The position numbers were made by a program, and so were the translations under genes. 64,000 nucleotides of DNA from Deltaproteobacteria bacterium (GTDB lineage: Bacteria > Acidobacteriota > Thermoanaerobaculia > Multivoradales > JAHZIX01), in assembly GCA_022601195.1 (NCBI GenBank), contig JAHZIX010000034.1:18504-82503 (forward strand), read 5' to 3'. The notes below the pieces were generated by a model. The model ran no database searches and was not told where the DNA came from. It worked only from the letters and a program-made list of their open reading frames with translations. Positions 36,054 through 43,792 of this stretch are shown in pieces. How positions within the stretch are numbered: position 1 is the first letter of the stretch; each line of letters begins with the position of its first letter.

Positions 36054-36392
36054 ATGCGCTTCAAGAAACTGCTTCTCTGCTCTCTGCCAGTCGTCGTCCT
36101 GGCCTTTGCCGTCACCCTGGGCGGATCTCTATTTCACACTCCCGAAGCAGAAGCGGCTGGGTTCTGTCTGCCCACCGTCAAGACGGCTCACGGCTGGGCT
36201 GCCGGCAATACCTGCGCTGCCGCTCGTTCCGCTTGCGCGACGGATGTGTGGAACGATGCCGATATCTTCAACTGCAATACTCGCGAGGTCTGCGCAGCCC
36301 AGGCGATCTCCTTTGGCGCCTGCCGACCCGTCGGCAACCAATTTCACCTCGACTGCACCATGAAGCATCGCTGCACGGGACCTTCCTGGTAG
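36054..36392 (+). CDS. Small secreted cysteine-rich protein (112 aa, 8 Cys in the predicted mature part)
   Basis: AAGGAGAA RBS, signal peptide (LLLCSLPVVVLAFAVTLGG..AEA), mature region with 8 Cys. No recognised family. Confidence 0.6.
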   Translation: MRFKKLLLCSLPVVVLAFAVTLGGSLFHTPEAEAAGFCLPTVKTAHGWAAGNTCAAARSACATDVWNDADIFNCNTREVCAAQAISFGACRPVGNQFHLDCTMKHRCTGPSW

Positions 36393-36432
36393 GGCTCCAC
36401 TGCCAGGGCTCCACTGCTAGGGCTCCACTGGG
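36391..36432. repeat. 3 x 14-bp tandem repeat (agggctccactgcc / ..gct / ..ggg) starting within the stop codon of the Cys-rich gene
   Basis: Read directly: units at 36391-36404, 36405-36418 and 36419-36432. Confidence 0.8.
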
Positions 36433-36541
36433 AGAATTGGGGATTCCAGTTGGCAGGAGGGAGCCTATTGAGGCAAATCCAGGCTGGTGGAGCTCTCTGG
36501 TCAGCACCGGAGGCCCCCCGCCTGGGGTTGCCTAACCTAGA

Positions 36542-37126
36542 TCAGGCCTGAAGCTCGATAAATAGCCAAGCCCGGGCGCTGGCCCAGTCTCGATTCGCCG
36601 TGGCGACAGCCACGTTCAGAGCGTCGGCGGTTTCCTGAATGCTCAAGCCACCAAAGAAACGTAGCTCGACGATGCGGCTTTGGCGTTGGTTCATTTCTGC
36701 TAGTCGCTTCAAGGCCTCGTCCACCGCCAGAATGTCCGCGTCTCTCTCTCCAACCCCAGCCTCAGCTCCAGCCTCGGCCTCGGTCAGGGAGAGGAGCGTC
36801 ACCCCACTACCCCGTTTGGCTGCCCGACGGGTCCGCGCGTGATCCACCAGAATGCGCCGCATAGTGCGGCAGGCAAAGGCGAAAAAATGGGTGCGATCTT
36901 TCCAGGACACCGTTTTGCGGTCGAGCAAGCGCAAAAAGCACTCGTTGACCAGGGCGGTGGGCTGAAGCGTGTGATCGGCGGGTTCCCGCGCCATATAGCT
37001 CGCGGCGATGCGCCTTAGCTCCCGCTCGACCATAGGAATGAGTTTGTCGAGAGCTTGGCGGCTGCCGTCGTTCCATCCGGCGAGCACGTCCGTGACTTCG
37101 TGGCGGTCCTCATGGGAAATCGACAT
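36542..37126 (-). CDS. ECF sigma factor of the TIGR02999-like (kinase-associated, Acidobacteria/Planctomycetes-type) group
   Basis: N-terminal VTDVLAGWNDGSRQALDKLIPMVERELRRIAASYMAREPADHTLQPTALVNECFLRLLD and C-terminal HTH VELRFFGGLSIQETADALNVAVATANRDWASARAWL. Confidence 0.8.
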   Translation of the reverse strand: MSISHEDRHEVTDVLAGWNDGSRQALDKLIPMVERELRRIAASYMAREPADHTLQPTALVNECFLRLLDRKTVSWKDRTHFFAFACRTMRRILVDHARTRRAAKRGSGVTLLSLTEAEAGAEAGVGERDADILAVDEALKRLAEMNQRQSRIVELRFFGGLSIQETADALNVAVATANRDWASARAWLFIELQA

Positions 37127-37276
37127 CTTTCTATTCTGCCACGATCTCCCGCCAGGGCGAGGCCGGATTTCCGGATCCGTCGTCCTCCTGGCCTTGACCC
37201 CGATAGAGAATCAGAGTCCTCCCACCGAGGGACTCGACTTGGAGATTGCCATGGTCGCCTGATCTAATCGGCTGCC

Positions 37277-37987
37277 ATGACCCAAACCATGCCCCGCCAA
37301 GAGCCTGCCTCCAAAAGATCCAGCTGGCTGCGATGGCCTCTGACTCACTTCCTGGCTTTGGGTGCCCTCCTATGGGTATTCCAGACGCTCACGGCGTCTC
37401 CTCCTCGGGAAACCATCACCATTTCTGCTGCCAGAGTCGAGCAACTGAGGGCAGATTGGGCCTCGGAGAAGGGCGAGCCACCTTCTGCCCAGGACGAGAG
37501 CCGGTTGCTTGCCGCGGAGATCGATGAGGAAATCCTGCTCATCCACGCCCTCGATCAGGAGCTATACCGCCACATGCCCGCAGCCCGCAGCCGCCTCCTG
37601 AGCCTGATGCGTTTTCTCTATCCGGATTCGGCCGGTAGCGACGAGGAGCTTCTCGCCCAGTCTCTGGAGCTCGCCTTCCACCGTCGGGACCCCATGGCGC
37701 GAGACAACCTGCTGACCGCAGCTCGAGCATCCCTGGAAGCCATCGCTCCCATTGCCGACCCGACGGACCAAGAGGTCGAAGATTTCTTGCAGAGCCAACC
37801 CAGAGGAGATCAGTTCTTGGAAGGCTCTGATCCGGAGATGCGCCGGAAAGGGTCTCAGCTTTGGCAGGCTCACCAGCGCCGTTCCTGGGTCGACGAAGAG
37901 CTCAAAAAGCGCCGGGAGCTATTCCAGATCCACATCGAGGCTCCAACTCCTTCCCTTGCTGCCTCTTCGGCGAGCCCCTCACCATGA
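37277..37987 (+). CDS. Hypothetical membrane-anchored protein (236 aa)
   Basis: One N-terminal TM helix (LTHFLALGALLWVFQTL). The ATGA stop/start overlap with the next gene suggests co-translation. No recognised domain. Confidence 0.45.
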   Translation: MTQTMPRQEPASKRSSWLRWPLTHFLALGALLWVFQTLTASPPRETITISAARVEQLRADWASEKGEPPSAQDESRLLAAEIDEEILLIHALDQELYRHMPAARSRLLSLMRFLYPDSAGSDEELLAQSLELAFHRRDPMARDNLLTAARASLEAIAPIADPTDQEVEDFLQSQPRGDQFLEGSDPEMRRKGSQLWQAHQRRSWVDEELKKRRELFQIHIEAPTPSLAASSASPSP

Positions 37988-38994
37988 CCTCAGCGAGATC
38001 TCTCCCTCGCCTTGGCCACGGCTGGGTCTGGCTCTACCTGGTCTTCCTGTGGACGGCGGTACCTGCCTTCTCTCACCCCCTGGCGCCATCCTTGCTCCGC
38101 CTCGAAGAGGTCGATGCGGGCCGCTATGAGGTCGGTTGGAAGGTTCCCCCGGGCCGAGGGCGAGCGGCGGACCTTCGCCCCTTCTTACCGGAGCACTGCG
38201 TTCGGCAGTCCACTCCCACCAAGGTCCGAGAGCAAGGGGAGGTCGTCGAGCGTTGGAGTGTCGACTGCGGCGCTCAGGGCCTTCAAGGCCACACCATTGA
38301 GGCCCCCAACCTGGAAGCCCGCCAAGGGGAGGTGCTGATCTTCATCCACCAAGCCGACGGCACCTCCCAGCGGGGCCTTCTGCGCCCCGACCAGCCTGCC
38401 TGGGCCGTTCCCCATCGCCAAAGCACGGCCCAGGTTGCCGCCACTTACGCCCACCTGGGCCTAGAGCACATCCTGGCCGGCTTCGATCACCTTCTCTTCG
38501 TCCTCGGGTTGGTCCTTCTAGTACCCGGCTGGCGCCGCCTCCTGATCACCGTCACCGGTTTCACTCTGGGCCACAGCATTACCCTCGGTCTCGCCACATT
38601 AGGTCTTTTGAAGGTCCCCTCCGCCCCAGTGGAAGCTGCCATCGCGGCCAGCATCCTCTGGCTCGCCGTCGAGCTCACCCGTGGCCAGGAAACCCTCATG
38701 CACCGCCGTCCTTGGGCTCTGGCTAGCGCCTTTGGCCTCCTCCACGGCCTTGGGTTCGCCGGTGCCCTGGCCGAAGTCGGCCTCCCCGCTGGCGAAGTCC
38801 CCCTCGCCTTGGCGGCCTTCAACATCGGTATCGAAGGCGGACAGGTCTTCTTCGTCCTTGGGATACTCGCCCTCGGCCTCTGTCTACGCCCTTTTCGCCC
38901 ATGGCTTCCGGACTGGGCACCACGAGTCCCCGCCTATTTCATTGGCACTCTGGCCGCCTTTTGGTTGATGGAGAGGATAGTGGCTGTCTTCTAG
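37984..38994 (+). CDS. HupE/UreJ family membrane protein with an N-terminal periplasmic domain; start reassigned to ATG 37984
   Basis: Signal peptide (GHGWVWLYLVFLWTAVPAFS). C-terminal HILAGFDHLLFVLGLVLL followed by several Gly-rich TM helices (HGLGFAGAL, NIGIEGGQ) typical of HupE/UreJ. Confidence 0.65.
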   Translation: MTSARSLPRLGHGWVWLYLVFLWTAVPAFSHPLAPSLLRLEEVDAGRYEVGWKVPPGRGRAADLRPFLPEHCVRQSTPTKVREQGEVVERWSVDCGAQGLQGHTIEAPNLEARQGEVLIFIHQADGTSQRGLLRPDQPAWAVPHRQSTAQVAATYAHLGLEHILAGFDHLLFVLGLVLLVPGWRRLLITVTGFTLGHSITLGLATLGLLKVPSAPVEAAIAASILWLAVELTRGQETLMHRRPWALASAFGLLHGLGFAGALAEVGLPAGEVPLALAAFNIGIEGGQVFFVLGILALGLCLRPFRPWLPDWAPRVPAYFIGTLAAFWLMERIVAVF

Positions 38995-39033
38995 GGTCCC
39001 GTGGAGTCTTAGCAGCCCTCTTTCCCAGTCGGC

Positions 39034-39489
39034 TCAATCGTAGGAAGCGACCGCGAGCTCGTTGCCGGAAGGATCGAGAAACTGAAATCGACGGCCGCCG
39101 GGGAAGGTGAAGGGTTCCTTTGTGATCCGGCCTCCTGCACCTCGGACGGACTCCAGACTGGCTTCCAAGTCGACGGAGTACAGCACGACGAGCGGTCCAC
39201 CGGTTCGGACATCAGAATCTTGTCTCAGTCCTCCCGACTCACCCTCACCGGGTTTCCGGATTCCCGCATAGGTCGGGCCATAGTCTTGAAAGGTCCAGCC
39301 GAATGCAGCACCGAAAAAGCGCTTGGCTTCGATCAGATCCGCAACAGTGAACTCGATGTAGTCGATGGTGTGGTGTTCATGGGGCATTTCAGGGCTCCTG
39401 TTCAAATAGGCACAACTACCTAGGGCCATCAAGAGGATTACGCCCCAGGCAGGCGAGGGGTAGCGAGGTCTTCCGGTCACGAGCTGCAT
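39034..39489 (-). CDS. VOC (glyoxalase/bleomycin-resistance fold) family lipoprotein
   Basis: Lipobox LMALGSC. VOC pattern HTIDYIEFTVADLIEAKRFFGAAFGWTF..GGPLVVLYSVDLEASLESVRGAGGRI..FPGGRRFQFLDPSGNELAV. Confidence 0.7.
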   Translation of the reverse strand: MQLVTGRPRYPSPAWGVILLMALGSCAYLNRSPEMPHEHHTIDYIEFTVADLIEAKRFFGAAFGWTFQDYGPTYAGIRKPGEGESGGLRQDSDVRTGGPLVVLYSVDLEASLESVRGAGGRITKEPFTFPGGRRFQFLDPSGNELAVASYD

Positions 39490-39630
39490 CGAGGCCTCCA
39501 GTCAGTCCTGCGGATTTCTAGAGTCCGAAACCTATCTCCCCTTTCCTGACATCGTCCTGTCAGGAGACCTTGCGAGGAGGTCTCTGGCACCTCGAGGCTT
39601 CTCGCCTCCCCTCGGTTTTGGTGAGCAGTT

Positions 39631-39771
39631 TTAGTGGGTACATTGGGCCGAGGGGGGGGCTCTCATCCTCCTTAGCACCAGTTGCGGTTTCGCTTCGTCA
39701 TAGCGGTTCACTTCAAAGAGTCCTTCTCCCACAGATCGTCCCACGGTGAGGATCCAAGGGCTCCTCGCTCC
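39631..39771 (-). pseudogene. Remnant of the C-terminal end of a TPR/kinase-type gene (46 codons, no start)
   Basis: The minus-strand translation GARSPWILTVGRSVGEGLFEVNRYDEAKPQL.. aligns with ASSPWRLTVERSLGESLFQLNRYDEAKPHL near the C terminus of the kinase at 43793..46849. The ~90 nt at 39682-39772 versus 43892-43985 are about 80 percent identical by eye. An in-frame stop lies directly upstream. Confidence 0.4.
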
Positions 39772-40303
39772 TCAAATATCTGCGCGATCATCACAAATAT
39801 TCTACATACAATAATACATTTCTTAAATATTATGCTACTATTTGAATACCAAATAACCCGCAAGGGCGGAAGAAGAAGGGAGCTCGAAAACTCAACAAGC
39901 TAGATGTTGTCTTCGCCACCCACGCGTAACGGAGCCGAACCAGACCCGCACGCGATTGTGAACCCGCTTCGGGCTTGCCGAGGCTACAAATGGACAGCCA
40001 TCGGGAGGTACATGCACGATCCAGAATAAATACCCTGTGAAACCGAAGTCACTTGGGACCTAGGACCACTTCGCTTGCGAAAACGCCTACGGCGAACCAC
40101 CCTAGCGACAATGCCCGATCTCGCTGGAGAGCCTGATCAGTGTCCCAAGCTCTGCCGTACCCGACACAGCCTTGGCCGTGGCTCGGAGGAGTGATTCTTC
40201 TACGCCCCGGATTGTCATACGGGCACCCTAGATCCTGAGGCAAACAACGTTTCTCTGCATGGCAAGGAAAGACCACCAAAACTCGCACCCAAAGGAGATC
40301 TCA

Positions 40304-41281
40304 ATGTTACGAAACTCTGCCACCGCATTCACCGTCGTGCTCACTTTCGCCTTTGCGGGGATTGCTTCCGCGCAGATTTGCTCCGATCAGGTCCCAACTT
40401 TGACTGGAAATACCTCTGCAGTATCAACCTCGGGAATCTTCAGCTCAAGCTACCCGGCTTGGAAGGCATTTGACGGTAGCAACAGTTCCATGTGGATCTC
40501 CCAAGTTTGGGAAACACCTGCCTGGATCGCCTACAACTTCGGCTCGGCACGAGTCATAGACCGCTACACCATCACGAACACCAACGGCTCGCTAACAAGC
40601 CGAGCTCCAAAGGACTTCACCCTACAAGGCTCCAATAACGGCAGCCTCTGGGCCACCCTCGACACTCGCAGCAATCAGACCGGATGGGTCAGCGGGACCC
40701 CGCGTTCCTATACCGTGGCGAATCCTGGCAGCTACTCCAGGTATCGTCTCCACATTACCGACGACAACGACTTCCGAGCCGGCGTAGTCGTTATCTCCAT
40801 CGGCAACCTGCAATTCGAATCGTGCTCTTGCCCTGATCTGGTTCCAACGCTGACTGGGAATTCTTCCGCTGTCTCAACTTCGGGAATCTTCAGCTCAAGC
40901 TACCCGGCTTGGAAGGCATTTGACGGTAGCAACAGTTCCATGTGGATCTCCCAAGTCTGGGAAACACCTGCCTGGATCGCCTATAACTTCGGCTCCAGTC
41001 GCAGAGTTACTCAATACTCGCTAAACAACACCAACGGCTCCCTCACAAGCCGAGCCCCCAAGAACTTCACATTACAGGGCTCCAACAACGGCTTCATATG
41101 GCTCACCTTGGATACGCGCAATAATCAAACCGGTTGGGTCAGCGGGACCCCTCGGACCTACACAGTTGCAAATCCAGGGAACTTCTCCCGATATCGTCTC
41201 CACATAACTGATGACAACGACAGTCGTTTAGGCGTCGTGGTGATCTCTCTCGGCAACCTAGAATTTAGGGATTGTAGCTAA
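40304..41281 (+). CDS. Secreted protein with two tandem discoidin/F5-F8 type C-like (galactose-binding-like) domains; start reassigned to ATG 40304
   Basis: AAAGGAGA RBS and signal peptide (AFTVVLTFAFAGIASAQ). Each 150-aa unit contains YPAWKAFDGSNSSMWIS..WIAYNFG..RY.I.N.NGSLTSRAPK.FTLQGSNNG..W..LDTR.NQTGW..YRLHITDDND. Confidence 0.65.
   Translation: MLRNSATAFTVVLTFAFAGIASAQICSDQVPTLTGNTSAVSTSGIFSSSYPAWKAFDGSNSSMWISQVWETPAWIAYNFGSARVIDRYTITNTNGSLTSRAPKDFTLQGSNNGSLWATLDTRSNQTGWVSGTPRSYTVANPGSYSRYRLHITDDNDFRAGVVVISIGNLQFESCSCPDLVPTLTGNSSAVSTSGIFSSSYPAWKAFDGSNSSMWISQVWETPAWIAYNFGSSRRVTQYSLNNTNGSLTSRAPKNFTLQGSNNGFIWLTLDTRNNQTGWVSGTPRTYTVANPGNFSRYRLHITDDNDSRLGVVVISLGNLEFRDCS
40391..41278 (+). repeat. 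Intragenic tandem duplication, period 450 bp (2 copies)
   Basis: cgggaatcttcagctcaagctacccggcttggaaggcatttgacggtagcaacagttccatgtggatctcccaagt occurs at 40431 and again at 40881. Long near-identical runs continue through both units. Confidence 0.85.
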
Positions 41282-41996
41282 GTACCAAGAGTGCGTGGGC
41301 GGATCCACTTACCGTCCGCCTACGCACTCTCTTCCCTGTGTTGAGCTGTCGGAAATCAAGAGGTTTCTAGATGCTCTTCGCATCCTTCATGGGAGCTACT
41401 CCACTGCCTCAGCTAGCTTTTGGAGCAGGGATTTTTGAAATCGGTGTTAATAGACCCCGGTCCATCGATCCAGAGACAAGGAAACTCGCCCAGCCGGATC
41501 CAGGATTTGTAGGCTTCACCGATCCAAAGCGGGTGGTCTTCGAGCAGAAATTCCATAGTTTGCTTCTGAAGGCCAGGGCGCGACCGGACGTCGTAGGGCC
41601 AACCTGACTTATCCCTAAACTAGCGCAGAAGCCCAGGCAACACGGCTGTGATCTACCCAGACAAATTCCACCAGAGGACTCACGCTTCATTCGCCCAATC
41701 AATGGCAGTAGGTACCTCACCTTCGTGACTCTCTATGGCCTTCGGTTCTACTGCAAATTCGGCGCGGCTCTCGCTACCGCAGCTGGTTTTTTGGCTGTTC
41801 CTTCTCGCCAACCTTCTGCTGCGACGCCGGGGCCGCCTGCACCTGCCGCCTCTTTCTCTGCCATCCCTTCTTCGGCGTACCGCACCGCTGTTCCACAAAC
41901 TTTCATAAGAAAGCCAGAGCAATCTGAGAATCGTTCGGATCCGGAGGTGGGGGCTGCTCTTCTAAGAGATCGTCTAGCTTGCGTCTCTCTAGCAGG

Positions 41997-42164
41997 TTGC
42001 TGTTGTAGCAGCCGGAGAGTCTTGCTCAAAGAGCACGTCAGGCGAAGGTGGAAATTCAAATGTGCCAGCAATAGATAGGCGATCATAACTACCCAGAGCT
42101 GGGAGAGAACCGCGTTGGCCGAACGGCCGAGGAAACTCTTGACCTTCAAGTTCTGCTTGCCCCA
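41997..42164 (-). mobile_element. IS4-family (DDE_Tnp_1) transposase C-terminal remnant
   Basis: The minus-strand translation WGKQNLKVKSFLGRSANAVLSQLWVVMIAYLLLAHLNFHLRLTCSLSKTLRLLQQ matches the conserved C-terminal tail (W.KQ.L.IKSF.G.S.NAV..QIW......L...) of IS4-family transposases. No catalytic DDE region precedes it. Confidence 0.55.
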
Positions 42165-42274
42165 TCCCGACCCGGAGCTTGACGGCTCCCCTCTGAGCCC
42201 GATATGCAGTCCCAGGACGATTGACAGCACCTCTTGCTCAGCATAGTCTGATCGCAGGAACGGAAGGAGAAACG

Positions 42275-42670
42275 ATGGAATTTACCCTGCTGTTTTCGAA
42301 GGTCGTCGGTCCCGTGCTCATCCTGCGAGCCTTGTCGATTCTCCTGAGCCGGGAACACTTTTTCAAGATGATCGATGGGATGGAGCGAGAGGTGACAACC
42401 GTATCGTTTTCTTTCTTTCCCATCGCCTTGTTTATGTCCTGCACCGCCATCGCCGTAACGCATTCGGATAGATCAAGTTTCGCTGCCTTTTTGATTCTTC
42501 TCATCGCTTGGGGTGGCATGGCTAAGGGGGCGGCTCTCATCCTCTTCCCTCACCTATCGGTAGAAAAGGGACGGCATCTGGTCAAACCCATGTTCCTAAA
42601 CATCGTCCTTTTCGTTTGCCTGGCTGTTGGGGGATATTTCACCTGGTTCGGATACTTCGGTCACGGCTAA
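42275..42670 (+). CDS. Small integral membrane protein (131 aa, ~4 TM helices)
   Basis: GGAAGGAGA RBS before ATG 42275 and four hydrophobic segments. GC looks lower than the surroundings by eye. Confidence 0.45.
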   Translation: MEFTLLFSKVVGPVLILRALSILLSREHFFKMIDGMEREVTTVSFSFFPIALFMSCTAIAVTHSDRSSFAAFLILLIAWGGMAKGAALILFPHLSVEKGRHLVKPMFLNIVLFVCLAVGGYFTWFGYFGHG

Positions 42671-42813
42671 GGTTTGAAACTGCCGAAGAGGTCGAGGGCT
42701 AGAGGTATGGTCAACGGGTATCTCCGCCGGGAGAAGGGCCTCTCCCCTAGCAAACTGTCCGTAGCTAGGTCGCCGCTTCCATCTCTGCGATCATTTGGTC
42801 AGGAGATTGCCCC

Positions 42814-43395
42814 ATGAAGACTCCGGAAATCATGACGGATCGACTGATCCTCGGGGCTCTCCGAAAAGCAGATGCCCCACAGCTATTCGAATATCGTTCA
42901 GAACCAGAGGTCTTGCGTTACCAATCCTGGGCTCCCGGTTCCCTCGAAGAGGCCATGGACTTCGTCACGGGTTTTCTTCGCATTCCTTTCGACCAAGCCG
43001 AAACCTGGTATCAGCTGGCGATTCGTCATCGCCAATCCGGCTCCTTAATCGGTGACTTTGGTCTTCATTTCCTGGAAGCTGAATCCCGCCAGGTGGAGAT
43101 CGGTTTCACCATCGCTCCGACCCACCAACGGAATGGATATGGAACCGAGGCGGTAACGGCTATTCTTGGCTATCTCTTCGACCATCTCGACAAACACCGC
43201 GTGATCGCCTCCGTCGACCCTCGCAACGAGCCCTCTGTAGGGTTATTAAAACGCCTTGGGATGCGCCAAGAGGCCCATTTCCGCCAGAGCATTTGGTTCC
43301 AAGGAGAGTGGGCGGATGACATGGTTTTCGCTCTGCTGAAGTCAGAGTGGTCAGCAGCTCGTGAGAGGGAGGGGCAAGCCCCCGAGAGGCGATAG
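42814..43395 (+). CDS. GNAT family N-acetyltransferase (RimJ/RimL-like)
   Basis: TDRLILGALRKADAPQLFEYRSEPEVLRY.., acetyl-CoA motif HQRNGYGTEAV, C-terminal VDPRNEPSVGLLKRLGMRQEAHFR. Confidence 0.85.
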   Translation: MKTPEIMTDRLILGALRKADAPQLFEYRSEPEVLRYQSWAPGSLEEAMDFVTGFLRIPFDQAETWYQLAIRHRQSGSLIGDFGLHFLEAESRQVEIGFTIAPTHQRNGYGTEAVTAILGYLFDHLDKHRVIASVDPRNEPSVGLLKRLGMRQEAHFRQSIWFQGEWADDMVFALLKSEWSAAREREGQAPERR

Positions 43396-43463
43396 CTAGA
43401 CCCAGCTATCGAATTGGCTGGGGCATAGATATCAAGGGAGCTCTGATCGGACCAGGACCACGG

Positions 43464-43694
43464 ATGACTGAAGAAAGAAGGTTATCGTTGACCCAACAAC
43501 CAGAAAAGAAGGACAAGAAGAAAGGCCTACAAAATCCGCGGGCCGCCGGGATCGCTATTGGAGTAGGCGTTGGACTGGCTTTGGGATCTGCCATGGACAA
43601 CGTCGCCTCTGGCCTCGCCGTGGGAACAGCTCTCGGGGTGGCTATCGGTGCGGGGATGCAGAGGAAAAGAGACTCCGATTCGGACGAGAAATAG
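43464..43694 (+). CDS. Small glycine-zipper-like membrane protein (76 aa)
   Basis: AAGIAIGVGVGLALGSAMDNVASGLAVGTALGVAIGAGM core. The RBS is weak. Confidence 0.4.
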   Translation: MTEERRLSLTQQPEKKDKKKGLQNPRAAGIAIGVGVGLALGSAMDNVASGLAVGTALGVAIGAGMQRKRDSDSDEK

Positions 43695-43792
43695 AAAGGG
43701 TCAGCTCGTAGCTGGTACGACTGGTCGGAACGAGAACACAACCCGGAGCGAGAGGCAAATCAGCCTGCAATGGAAGGAGACCAAAAGCCGGA

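Noticed and set aside
37861-37983. The upstream extension of the HupE/UreJ ORF (377-aa version).
   Set aside because: It lies in an alternative frame of the preceding gene. ATG 37984 overlaps that gene's stop (ATGA) and is followed directly by a signal peptide.
39682-39903. ORF 39682..39903(+) (73 aa), spanning the kinase-tail remnant and the AT-rich block.
   Set aside because: Its first half is the antisense strand of the remnant and its second half is AT-rich, low-complexity sequence. There is no RBS.
41282-41996. ORFs 41371..41607(+), 41409..41720(-), 41680..41922(-) and 41725..42078(+), plus an unlisted minus-strand frame ending ..LWIGEAYKSWIRLGEFPCLWIDGPGS.
   Set aside because: They overlap one another, lack starts or RBSs, and show no recognisable motifs. 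They are probably decayed sequence next to the IS remnant. This needs BLASTX before any call is made.
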